The notes under the pieces: model-generated
Databases searched by the model: none
Told to the model about the DNA's origin: nothing
The model's input: the letters and a program-made list of their open reading frames with translations, nothing else
Shown here: positions 55,528 through 64,000 of the stretch, piece by piece
Layout of the letters: each line of letters starts with the position of its first letter
How positions within the stretch are numbered: the stretch's first letter is position 1
Program-made: the position numbers and the translations under genes
NCBI GenBank assembly: GCA_035602135.1
Contig: DATNMX010000044.1
Location: forward strand, 15,269 to 79,268
Direction of reading: 5' to 3'
Source: Candidatus Dormiibacterota bacterium
Lineage (GTDB): Bacteria > Acidobacteriota > Terriglobia > Acidiferrales > UBA7541
Length of the DNA: 64,000 nucleotides

Positions 55528-57138
55528 ATGATCAGGCGCCGAGCGTTTTTGAGATGGGCGGTGGGAATTCTGGCTTGGTGTAGCGTTTTCGGCGGTGCGG
55601 GAATACCGCGCGCTTTTAGTCAAGGCAAGTGGCGCGTGGCAAGCCGGCCGCACAGCGTAACCGGCGCGAAGCAATTCGCAACAAGGACCAACGCGCTAAT
55701 CGGCGCGGCGCCTGCCAGCAAAGGCGAATGGGGTCTGCTGATTGTGGACGCCGAGAGTGGCGAGACGTTGTACGAACAAAATGCCGATAAGTATTTTGTG
55801 CCCGCTTCGAATATGAAGCTGTTCACTACGGCCCTGGCGCTGGCAAAGCTAGGCCCAGAATATCGCTTCCACACCACGCTGGAAACTCAAGGCACGGTGT
55901 CGGCAGATGGAAAGTTGGCCGGGGACGTAATTTTGGTTGGCCGCGGCGACCCGAATCTTTCGAATCGTAAATTTCCATACGAACTGAAGGAGGAATTTGA
56001 CGGAGCGCCAGAGCGCGTACTGGCGGAGTTGGCCGATGCGTTGGTGGTGAAAGGAATCGAGGAAATCTCCGGCGACGTGATCGGTGACGACAGCTATTTC
56101 CCGCGCGAGCGATATCCCAATGGCTGGGAAGTGGATGACATGGTTTGGGAGTATGGCGCGGCGATTTCCGCAATCGTGGTGAACGACAACACGGTGACAC
56201 TAACGTTGACAGCGGGCGAAAAAACCGGAGACCCAGTGCAGGCAGTTATCATGCCTTCCACGACGGATTTTGCCCTCGAGAATGATGTGGTGACCTCCGC
56301 GGCCGAAGTTAAGAGCGATTTGACGCTGACGCGCGAACCTGGCGCGGATCTGGTTATTGTGCGGGGATCAATGCCGGCAAAAAGCATGCCGCGAAAGCTT
56401 GTGCTAGCTATCGAGGAGCCAGCGCAACACGCCGCGACGCTCCTGAAGCGACTGATCGAAGAGCGCGGCATAAGAGTTGTTGGCGCGGTGCGAGCAAATC
56501 ACAAGTCGTCGAGCACGAATACCGCGAGCGTCACGGGGGAGCCTGTAGTATTGGCGGAACACGTCTCCGTGCCGCTCGGTGAGTCCGTCAAGCTAGTCAA
56601 CAAGATCAGCCAGAACTTACACACGGAAATGCTGCTGCGGACAGCGGCGCGTCAGAACGGTTTGTGGAACACACCCGAGGAACTGATGAAGTTTCCCTCG
56701 GACTTTTATGCGGCCGCAGGAATTGTCCCGGGCGACATAATCCAAACGGACGCTTCAGGATTATCGCGACACGATCTGGTGACGCCCCGTGCGATCGTTT
56801 CCCTTTTGAGGTATGCCCACCAGCAAACTTGGTTTGGTTTCTATTACGCGTCGCTTCCGGTAGCGGGAGTTGACGGAACGCTTGAGGATCGCATGAAGAA
56901 CACGCCAGCGGCCGGGAGGATCCGCGCGAAGACCGGCTCTGTCGAACACGTCAGGACGTTATCTGGGTTTGCAGAAACGCCTGGCGGGCGGCGAATCATC
57001 TTTTCCTTCTTGAGCAATAATCAGGGCGGGAAGAATCACGAGGCGGCCGATGCGCTTGCGGGGTTATGCACCGCGATGGTGCAGGAGTTTAACGTGATAC
57101 CTCCGAAGCGCGCGGTTGAGCACAAGCATCCGCAATGA
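55528..57138 (+). CDS. dacB: D-alanyl-D-alanine carboxypeptidase/endopeptidase (PBP4, peptidase S13)
   Basis: After a signal peptide come SxxK (PASNMKLFT), an SxN-like motif (SQNLHTE) and KTG (KTGSVEH). The PBP4 insertion domain lies between the motifs. Confidence 0.9.
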   Translation: MIRRRAFLRWAVGILAWCSVFGGAGIPRAFSQGKWRVASRPHSVTGAKQFATRTNALIGAAPASKGEWGLLIVDAESGETLYEQNADKYFVPASNMKLFTTALALAKLGPEYRFHTTLETQGTVSADGKLAGDVILVGRGDPNLSNRKFPYELKEEFDGAPERVLAELADALVVKGIEEISGDVIGDDSYFPRERYPNGWEVDDMVWEYGAAISAIVVNDNTVTLTLTAGEKTGDPVQAVIMPSTTDFALENDVVTSAAEVKSDLTLTREPGADLVIVRGSMPAKSMPRKLVLAIEEPAQHAATLLKRLIEERGIRVVGAVRANHKSSSTNTASVTGEPVVLAEHVSVPLGESVKLVNKISQNLHTEMLLRTAARQNGLWNTPEELMKFPSDFYAAAGIVPGDIIQTDASGLSRHDLVTPRAIVSLLRYAHQQTWFGFYYASLPVAGVDGTLEDRMKNTPAAGRIRAKTGSVEHVRTLSGFAETPGGRRIIFSFLSNNQGGKNHEAADALAGLCTAMVQEFNVIPPKRAVEHKHPQ

Positions 57139-57150
57139 AGTAATCAGCCA

Positions 57151-57711
57151 GTGCCGAAAGAATTGATCATTAGCGTTTTTGGAAGTTCGAGACCGCGCGA
57201 GAATGATGCGGACTATAAAGAGGCGCGGGCCCTGGGCCACGCTCTAGCAGATGCAGGCTTCGCGATTTGTAGTGGAGGTTATGCCGGGTTAATGGAAGCG
57301 GTGTCGCGGGGAGCAAAAGAGCGAGGTAACAAAACCTACGGGGTGACGACCGAATTTTTTAAGGATGCCAAAGCAAACGAGTGGATTGACGAGGAAATCC
57401 GCGTCAAAACATGGCAACAGAGACTATTCGAACTCATTCGTTTAGCCGATGGATTCGTGGCGTGTAAGGGCGGAACGGGGACGCTTGCGGAGTTAGCGGT
57501 AGTATGGGAGATGATGAACAAGGGAGTAATGCCTGGGAAGCCGTTCGTGGTGCTGGGAAATTTTTGGCAATCCATTTTGGAGCGGGTACGAGAAGTGGAA
57601 CTGGAGCATTCGACTTCGTGGGGAGAAGCGAACGAGCGCTTAGTGCATGTGGCCGCAACGCCGGATGAAGCGGCCAAATTTTTGGCGCAAAGTCTGAAAA
57701 GCAAACTGTAG
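57151..57711 (+). CDS. LOG/TIGR00725-family (SLOG fold) protein
   Basis: GTG start. The product reads ISVFGSS...SGGYAGLMEAVSRGAKERG...ACKGGTGTLAEL, the PGGxGTxxE-like motif. Confidence 0.8.
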   Translation: MPKELIISVFGSSRPRENDADYKEARALGHALADAGFAICSGGYAGLMEAVSRGAKERGNKTYGVTTEFFKDAKANEWIDEEIRVKTWQQRLFELIRLADGFVACKGGTGTLAELAVVWEMMNKGVMPGKPFVVLGNFWQSILERVREVELEHSTSWGEANERLVHVAATPDEAAKFLAQSLKSKL

Positions 57712-57797
57712 CCGAAGCCTGGGTGTGTCGAAAGCAAACTGACCCACGAATCACCTTTGCCCGGCGAGAGTCCGCGGCTACCATGGAAAGATAAAAA

Positions 57798-60209
57798 ATG
57801 TCGCGCACGGCACAAGAAATCCTGGAGTTCGACAAACTGCGCGAGCTACTGCGATTGCGTACCACCTGTGCGCCGGGACGCCGGGCGATCAATGCGCTAG
57901 AGCCGGGAACAGACCGGGCAGTGCTAGAAACGGTGTTCGCGCAAATTGGGGAAGCTCGTGAGTGGTTGCGCGATGAACGTGAGTTGGGATTTGGAGCGCT
58001 GGCTGACCCCGAAGACTGGCTTGGCAAAATTGCAGGGCCGGGCGCGATTCTGGAGCCGCGCGAATTGCTGGATGCGGGATCATTGCTGGAAACCATAGCG
58101 TGGTTACGTCTGCAATTTCGCGAAGAAGCGGCAAATTTCCAGCTGCTGGCGGCGCGCGCGGCATCACTGGGCGATTTTCGCGATGTTTTGGCGGCGATAC
58201 GCCGGTGCGTTCTGCCGAGCGGAGAGATCAGCGATGATGCTTCGACAGCATTGCGGCGAATTCGGGTAAGCATCACGCAGATGCGGGAATCGATTCAGAA
58301 AACTCTAAAACAAATACTAAGAGCGCGGAACGCGGAAGCCGGAGAAGACTACGTCACGCTGCGAAATGATCGCTTCGTCATTCCGGTGCGTGCTGAAAAT
58401 CGGCGCAGTGTGCCGGGCGTGGTGCATGGTGCGAGTGCGACCGGGCAGACGGTTTTTATGGAGCCGTTTGAGACTGTGGAGGTTAATAATCAACTGGTTC
58501 AGCTCGCGGAAGACGAAGCTGCAGAAATCATACGGATTTTGCGAGATTTGACGGAACGTTTGCAGAGGGTTCGTGGCCTGCTGGTGGCCGCGGCAGATAC
58601 CATTGCCGAGCTGGACAGCGTATTTGCGCGCGCGAGATTTACGCAGGAATTTGATGCCGCCCTCCCGGAGTTTTCTGAAACCAGCGAATTACGTTTGGAG
58701 GGCGCGCGGCATCCTGTTCTGGAAGACAAACTTCGCCGGGAAAACCGCGCAATCGTGGCCATGTCCCTTGGCCTAGGCGGAGAAGAGCGCGTATTGGTGA
58801 TCAGCGGGCCAAACACGGGAGGCAAGACCGTGGCGCTAAAGACTGTTGGAATGGCGGCGTTAGCGGCACAATCTGGGATTCCGGTGGCGGCACAGCGAGC
58901 TATACTGCCGCTTTTCGACCGCGTGTTGGTGGATATCGGCGACGAGCAATCTATCGCGGCTGATTTGTCGACGTTTTCCGCACACATGTTGAATTTGAAG
59001 ACGATGCTAGAGGCCGCGACGCCGCAATCGCTGGTCCTCGCGGATGAAATGGGCACAGGGACAGCGCCAGAGGAAGGCGCGGCTCTGGCGGTTGCTCTTC
59101 TCGATGAGTTTCGCGCCAGGCATTGCATCGTGTTGGCAACCACACATCATGATCGGCTAAAAGCCTACGCATCGGCGACTCCAGGCGTGGTGAATGCCGC
59201 GGTGGAATTCGACGATATGAATTTGCGGCCTACTTACCGGTTAATGGTGGGCGTGCCGGGAGGATCGAGCGGCATCTCGATTGCTCAGCGGCTGGGAGTC
59301 GCGGCGGCGATTATCGAGCGTGCACGATCGCTTATTGCGCCGGAATCGAGGGAAGCGGCCGATTTGATTGCGTATTTGCATCGCAGCCGGGACGAACTGG
59401 ACGGCATCCGGCAGCAGATGACGGGAGAACGACACGCGCTTGAAGAAGAGCGCAAAAAGTTGCGCACGGAGTGGATTGAACGGCAACAAAAGCGGATCAA
59501 GGAATTGGAAGCACAGTTTGCAGAGATGCAGAAGCGCTTCGATGAGAATGTAGCCGGCGTTGTCGAGCTCGTGAAAGACCGGGAACTCCGCAGCCAGCTG
59601 GAGAAATCGGCGCGCCGAAAGATGCAAGGCTTGCGGGGTGAGGCTCGCGACGAATTGAACGCCGCGGTAGTGCAGACGATTTCGGAGTCGCAAAGCGATC
59701 TAGGAATCAACTCTGCAATTTCGGAGTCGGTAAGTCCAGAACGGTTGCAGCCAGGTGTGAGAATTACCGTGCGCGGCTTCAGCAGACCGGTAGTTCTGCG
59801 GCGTGTCGATGGTTCATCGGCGGAAATTGAGGCCGGGCCGCTGCGTATGAAAGTGGCTATCGACGAAATTATCGGGATCGAATCCGCGCCGCTTCCCGGG
59901 AAAGTATCAAGTCCATCGAAAGCCGGCGGCGTAAGTGTTCGCGCCCGTGTAAGCGACGACTCTTCGCCAGAGGAGATCAATGTGATCGGCTGCACGGTGG
60001 AAGAAGCCAGCGGGCGCGTCGACAAATTTCTAGATGACGCGGCACTCGCTAATCGATCGCGTGTGCGTATCATTCACGGGCATGGAACGGGAGCTTTGCG
60101 AAAAGGACTCGCGCAGTTTCTCGCCTCGCATCCACTTGTCGAGCGGCAATCATTTGAAGCCGAGGAACGCGGTGGCAAAGCCATAACTGTGGTGGAATTG
60201 CGAGCGTAA
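57798..60209 (+). CDS. mutS2: Endonuclease MutS2 (MutS domain + C-terminal Smr domain)
   Basis: The 803-aa product has Walker A GPNTGGKT and DEMGTGTAPEEG. The C-terminal Smr domain is INVIGCTVEEA...RIIHGHGTGALRKG. Confidence 0.95.
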   Translation: MSRTAQEILEFDKLRELLRLRTTCAPGRRAINALEPGTDRAVLETVFAQIGEAREWLRDERELGFGALADPEDWLGKIAGPGAILEPRELLDAGSLLETIAWLRLQFREEAANFQLLAARAASLGDFRDVLAAIRRCVLPSGEISDDASTALRRIRVSITQMRESIQKTLKQILRARNAEAGEDYVTLRNDRFVIPVRAENRRSVPGVVHGASATGQTVFMEPFETVEVNNQLVQLAEDEAAEIIRILRDLTERLQRVRGLLVAAADTIAELDSVFARARFTQEFDAALPEFSETSELRLEGARHPVLEDKLRRENRAIVAMSLGLGGEERVLVISGPNTGGKTVALKTVGMAALAAQSGIPVAAQRAILPLFDRVLVDIGDEQSIAADLSTFSAHMLNLKTMLEAATPQSLVLADEMGTGTAPEEGAALAVALLDEFRARHCIVLATTHHDRLKAYASATPGVVNAAVEFDDMNLRPTYRLMVGVPGGSSGISIAQRLGVAAAIIERARSLIAPESREAADLIAYLHRSRDELDGIRQQMTGERHALEEERKKLRTEWIERQQKRIKELEAQFAEMQKRFDENVAGVVELVKDRELRSQLEKSARRKMQGLRGEARDELNAAVVQTISESQSDLGINSAISESVSPERLQPGVRITVRGFSRPVVLRRVDGSSAEIEAGPLRMKVAIDEIIGIESAPLPGKVSSPSKAGGVSVRARVSDDSSPEEINVIGCTVEEASGRVDKFLDDAALANRSRVRIIHGHGTGALRKGLAQFLASHPLVERQSFEAEERGGKAITVVELRA

Positions 60210-60215
60210 TTAAGC

Positions 60216-61979
60216 ATGGCGGAACCGGGATCATTTGCGGAGCGCGTGAAGCAACAAGCGGATATTGTCCGCGTGGTTGGGGAGTACGTCCGTTTAAAGA
60301 AAAATGGACAGAACTTCGTGGGGTTATGTCCCTTTCATGCGGAGAAGTCGCCGTCGTTTGCAGTGCACCCGGTCAAGCAAATTTATCATTGCTTTGGTTG
60401 CGGGGTCGGCGGGGACGTTTTCAATTTTGTGATGGAGATGGAGAAGTGCGCATTTCCGGAAGCGATACGGGTGGTTGCAGAGAAGTGCGGAATCGCTATT
60501 CCGCGGCCGAAGGATCAGTCGCCAGGAGAGCGCAAAGAAAGCCAACAGCGGGCATTGCTGATGGAGATGCAGCGGGAGGCGCAAACATTTTTTGTGAATC
60601 AGCTTATGGACACGCCGGAAGGCAAAGTCGCGCGGGCTTACCTAGAGGATCGAAGCTTAGATAAGGATACGATCGAAAGGTTTGGAATCGGCTATGCGCC
60701 GAGCGGCGGCGCCGTACTGCTGCGTTTGCTGAAGCAAAAGTATAGAGAAAACGTGCTGGCGGAATCGGGCCTGATATCGCGTGACCAAAATGGCAAGATG
60801 TTCGACCGGTTTCGCAGACGCATTACATTTCCGATTGCCGGCGAATCAGGGAAGATTGTGGCGTTCGGATGCCGCGCACTCGGTGATGATCAGCCGAAGT
60901 ATCTGAACTCACCGGAATCGCCCATCTATTCGAAAAGCAACGTGCTGTATCACCTCGATCGCGCGAAGGAGGCACTGCGAAGATCGGATTTCGCTGTGCT
61001 GGTCGAGGGTTACATGGATGCCATTGCGGTGGCGCGCGCCGGCATCAGCAACGTAGTTGCAAGCTGTGGGACGAGCCTCGCGGAACCACAGATTAAATTG
61101 CTGGCGCGGTTCACTCGACGCGTCATCGTAAATTATGATCCCGACACCGCCGGACAAGCCGCCACGGAGCGTTCCATATCACTGTTACTGGAGCATGACT
61201 TTGAAGTGCGTGTGCTAACGTTGCCTCCCATCGGCAATAAGAAGGCGGATCCCGATATGTATATCCGGCAGATGGGCACGGAAGCTTACGTAAAATTGCT
61301 GAAGGAAGCGCCGCCATATGTAGATTACTTGATTGGGCGTGCGCGGCAGATGGATCTTTCGAGCGGTGAAGGAAAGCTACGGGCAGTAAATTTTCTTTTG
61401 CCGTACGTGCAGAAAATTCCCAATCGTATCCTACGCTCGGAATGGGCCACGCGAATCGCGCATCAGCTTCGGCTCGAGGAGCCGGTGCTGAGGGCTGCGC
61501 TTAGTAAAGCGGCGGCGGAGCGCCGCAGCGGATTGAAGATGCAGGCCGAACTGGTAGGACGCGCCGCCAAACCGGTCGAACGCCGATTGATTCGCATGCT
61601 CACGGAAGCTGACGTGTTTCGAAACGAGCTGGCGCAACAACTGCACAATGAGCGCCTTTATCTGGGACTTGAGACCGAGAATATTTTTGCTGCGCTGATC
61701 GCCGCAAACCTTTCGAACGAGCCAGTCGTGGCCACGGAACTCGCGGCGAAACTGGAAGAACGCGACCGGCGCACACTTTTCGAAATCCTTTTTGAAGAGT
61801 CGAGTGAGTTGACATGGGAAGAGGCGGTGAGCTGTATCGAAGCGCTGCAGCACCGGCAAGCGGAGAGAGAATTGGCCGATGTACAGCGGAGCATCGAAGC
61901 GAATCCGGCTGCGCCGGAATTGCGAGGATTGCTGACGAAAAAACAGGAATTGATGCGGCGATTGGCGGCCGCGCGATAG
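60216..61979 (+). CDS. dnaG: DNA primase
   Basis: The zinc-binding domain is CPFHAEKSPSFAVHPVKQIYHCFGCGVGGDVFNFVME. RNA-polymerase/Toprim motifs are present (KYLNSPESPIYSKSNVLY, LVEGYMDAIA, NYDPDTAGQAA). Confidence 0.97.
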   Translation: MAEPGSFAERVKQQADIVRVVGEYVRLKKNGQNFVGLCPFHAEKSPSFAVHPVKQIYHCFGCGVGGDVFNFVMEMEKCAFPEAIRVVAEKCGIAIPRPKDQSPGERKESQQRALLMEMQREAQTFFVNQLMDTPEGKVARAYLEDRSLDKDTIERFGIGYAPSGGAVLLRLLKQKYRENVLAESGLISRDQNGKMFDRFRRRITFPIAGESGKIVAFGCRALGDDQPKYLNSPESPIYSKSNVLYHLDRAKEALRRSDFAVLVEGYMDAIAVARAGISNVVASCGTSLAEPQIKLLARFTRRVIVNYDPDTAGQAATERSISLLLEHDFEVRVLTLPPIGNKKADPDMYIRQMGTEAYVKLLKEAPPYVDYLIGRARQMDLSSGEGKLRAVNFLLPYVQKIPNRILRSEWATRIAHQLRLEEPVLRAALSKAAAERRSGLKMQAELVGRAAKPVERRLIRMLTEADVFRNELAQQLHNERLYLGLETENIFAALIAANLSNEPVVATELAAKLEERDRRTLFEILFEESSELTWEEAVSCIEALQHRQAERELADVQRSIEANPAAPELRGLLTKKQELMRRLAAAR

Positions 61980-62086
61980 CCACTTGATCCTAGACTTTTC
62001 CTTATAAATGCAGCATTTAAACGTTGACGTAGCCGCACTCAACCGTGTAGCGTAATAGGGTTTCGCGAGTAACTGTTCGGGCCTTA

Positions 62087-62108
62087 ACTGCATCTATATA
62101 GATGTAGT
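62087..62108. promoter_or_regulatory. Imperfect 22-nt palindrome with a perfect 14-nt core CATCTATATAGATG in the dnaG-rpoD spacer
   Basis: The core at 62091-62104 is self-complementary, and flanking bases match at 3 of 4 positions. It lies about 200 nt upstream of the rpoD start. Confidence 0.2.
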
Positions 62109-62300
62109 TAGCGGCGGGCCCGTGGCCCGACAGCACGGGATAAGCGGCAAGCAAGTGGCGCGGCGTACAGAATCTCAAAGAAAATTCGAACGACCTTCCG
62201 AGGGGAAAGCCCGTATTTTGTGCAAGCGCGCGCCCGAGTGCATCTGTGCATAGCGTGATGAACTGGAATAGTCGGCGGTGTTGGGATTGCGGAGGAAATT

Positions 62301-64000
62301 GTGGCGGCAGTAGGCCTAGAAGAAAAATATGATGCGGTACGGCAACTCATTGCGGTCGGCAAAGAGCGCGGATACCTTCTGTATGACGAAGTAAACGATT
62401 CGCTTCCGGCAGAAGTACACTCCTCGGAAGAAATCGACGATCTTCTGACGACATTCGAACGCAACGGCATCGAAATTTACGAAGATGCGGCGTCGGCTAA
62501 AGCCGCGCGTGCGGTGGAAGTGTCGGTTGATCCCGGTGACCGTGACGTTGTTGTAAAGGAAGAAGCGCACAGCGAGGACGGCGACCTGGACTTGACGCCC
62601 GGCTCGCTAGAGAAGACTAACGACCCCGTTCGCATGTACTTGCGCGAAATGGGCACTGTTCCGCTGTTGACGCGCGAAGGCGAAGTCACTATCGCCAAGC
62701 GCATCGAGCGTGGGCAACTTGTGGTGATGAAGTCAATTACGCGATCGCCTATTGTTATCAAAGAGCTGATTGCGGTTGGGGAAGATCTGCGCAAGGGCGC
62801 GCGGTCGATCAAAGAAATCGTTGTTTTCGATGATGAGGAATTGACCGAAGAGAAGATCGCCAACAAGACCAAACAAACGCTGAAATACATCGACAAAATC
62901 GCCAAACTTTATGACACGGCGCTGAAGCAAGCAGCGAAATTCGAGAAAGTTCCAAAGTCGAAGAAGAAACCGTATATCCACGCAAAATGGGATGTCGCTC
63001 GGACGCGCGTGGAGATTTCCGTAGCCATCCGCGACCTCGAGTTCAACCCGTTTGAGAAGAAGCGGTTGATCGATAAGATGCGCGGAACGGTGGAACGTCT
63101 GCAATCGTTGGAACGCGAAGCAGGTCGCCTGGAGCGCCGCGCAGAAGTAGCCAAAGGCGATGTGGCTTCGGAGGCGCGCAAAGAATTGCGCACGCGCCGC
63201 ACCGAGCTGAAAGACATTGAAGAGGCCAGCGAAGTCGGTCTTACCGAGCTGAAGCGCACGTTGACATTTATTCATCGCGGCGAAGCAGAGGCCGAGCAAG
63301 CCAAGAAGGAACTCATTGAAGCCAACCTCCGGTTGGTCGTTTCAATCGCAAAGAAGTACACCAATCGCGGTTTGCAGTTCCTGGATTTGATTCAGGAAGG
63401 CAACATCGGCCTGATGAAGGCTGTGGACAAGTTCGAATGGCGACGCGGATATAAGTTTTCGACTTATGCCACGTGGTGGATCCGCCAAGCCATTACGCGC
63501 GCGATTGCCGATCAGGCGCGCACCATCCGCATTCCGGTGCACATGATCGAAACGATCAACAAACTGGTACGCACCAGCCGCCAGTTGGTGCAAGAATTGG
63601 GTCGCGAGCCTACCTCGGAAGAAATTGCCAAGCGCATGGACATTCCAGTGTCCAAGGTGCGCAAGATCTTGAAAATTGCGCAAGAGCCTATCTCACTGGA
63701 AACCCCCATCGGCGAAGAGGAAGATTCGCATCTGGGAGATTTCATCGAAGATAAGGCCGTGGTTTCGCCTTCCGATGCAGTCATCAATTTAAACCTAAAG
63801 GAACAAACCTCTTCGGTGCTCAAGACGCTGACGCCTCGCGAAGAAAAAGTCATCAAGATGCGCTTTGGACTGGACGATGGCAGCGAGCACACGCTTGAGG
63901 AAGTGGGCCAGTCTTTCGCGGTAACACGCGAGCGCATCCGCCAGATCGAAGCGAAAGCACTTCGTAAGCTGCGGCACCCATCGCGCTCGCGCAAACTCCG
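62301..64000 (+). CDS. rpoD: RNA polymerase primary sigma factor (sigma-70), truncated by the right window edge
   Basis: Absent from the ORF track because no stop lies within the window. My translation starts at the GTG at 62301, 4 nt after GGAGGA: [36 protein letters not shown]... (region 1.1). In frame further down it reads [64 protein letters not shown] (regions 2.1-2.4), then [30 protein letters not shown] (region 4.2). Confidence 0.95.
   Translation, partial: MAAVGLEEKYDAVRQLIAVGKERGYLLYDEVNDSLPAEVHSSEEIDDLLTTFERNGIEIYEDAASAKAARAVEVSVDPGDRDVVVKEEAHSEDGDLDLTPGSLEKTNDPVRMYLREMGTVPLLTREGEVTIAKRIERGQLVVMKSITRSPIVIKELIAVGEDLRKGARSIKEIVVFDDEELTEEKIANKTKQTLKYIDKIAKLYDTALKQAAKFEKVPKSKKKPYIHAKWDVARTRVEISVAIRDLEFNPFEKKRLIDKMRGTVERLQSLEREAGRLERRAEVAKGDVASEARKELRTRRTELKDIEEASEVGLTELKRTLTFIHRGEAEAEQAKKELIEANLRLVVSIAKKYTNRGLQFLDLIQEGNIGLMKAVDKFEWRRGYKFSTYATWWIRQAITRAIADQARTIRIPVHMIETINKLVRTSRQLVQELGREPTSEEIAKRMDIPVSKVRKILKIAQEPISLETPIGEEEDSHLGDFIEDKAVVSPSDAVINLNLKEQTSSVLKTLTPREEKVIKMRFGLDDGSEHTLEEVGQSFAVTRERIRQIEAKALRKLRHPSRSRKL

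Noticed and set aside
57434-58276. 280-aa minus-strand ORF (also 58499..59143 and 59285..60073 on the minus strand)
   Set aside because: They are antisense to the LOG-like gene and mutS2. Their Ser/Arg/Ala-rich composition has no motifs.
61431-63994. Minus-strand ORFs in dnaG and rpoD (for example 61431..62093, 62733..63299, 63512..63994)
   Set aside because: They are antisense to dnaG and to the rpoD frame, which carries textbook sigma-70 region 2 and region 4 sequences.
1-64000. CRISPR arrays, transposases/IS elements, integrases, toxin-antitoxin pairs and known defence systems
   Set aside because: I scanned the intergenic regions and all ORF translations. I saw no regularly spaced direct repeats, no DDE/HUH/tyrosine-recombinase motifs and no defence-type domain combinations. 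The only mobility-related signal is the tRNA-Asn fragment reported as a finding.

Overview
This 64-kb chromosomal segment reads like an Acidobacteriota (Terriglobia-type) genome. That placement is an inference from gene content: a giant CarboxypepD_reg-type TonB-dependent receptor, an Alternative Complex III + caa3 oxidase supercluster, frequent GTG/TTG starts and moderately high GC by eye. I can support about 52 protein genes, one tRNA-Asn, one decayed tRNA-Asn fragment and one clear rho-independent terminator. Most of the window is core housekeeping. Left to right it contains: a truncated POT peptide transporter; tdh-kbl; two paralogous exported proteins; polA; an exported S1-type protease lipoprotein; a rhodanese; a TonB-dependent receptor plus an APC permease; tRNA-Asn; a translationally coupled 13-gene respiratory cluster (actABCDEF, a small membrane ORF, sco1, ctaCDEF); uvrA; a deoxyhypusine-synthase-like gene coupled to a CPBP protease; mtnA; yebC-ruvC; a divergent GT-B glycosyltransferase; VOC, PilZ, PTP and folK; three uncharacterised envelope or regulatory genes; a radical-SAM/SplB-like gene; a TetR-HlyD-ABC-ABC2 efflux operon followed by a histidine-kinase remnant; a SYLF protein; dacB; a LOG-like gene; mutS2-dnaG-rpoD (rpoD is cut by the right edge). 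I found no CRISPR array, transposase, integrase, toxin-antitoxin pair or recognisable defence system, and I cannot claim a convincing novel multi-gene system. The observations most worth a second look are these. (1) A decayed direct copy of the tRNA-Asn 3' half lies 6.5 kb from the intact gene and brackets the receptor+permease segment in att-site geometry without an integrase. (2) Two tandem paralogous exported proteins show a split VirB10/TrbI-like barrel signature with divergent low-complexity inserts and no T4SS context. (3) An unassigned single-TM ORF sits inside the ACIII-caa3 cluster. (4) A 490-nt non-coding gap before uvrA carries a 62-nt three-helix hairpin. (5) A membrane-anchored member of a conserved uncharacterised family lies next to an atypical receiver-like protein. 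All functional calls come from reading the translated ORFs by eye; no database search was run.
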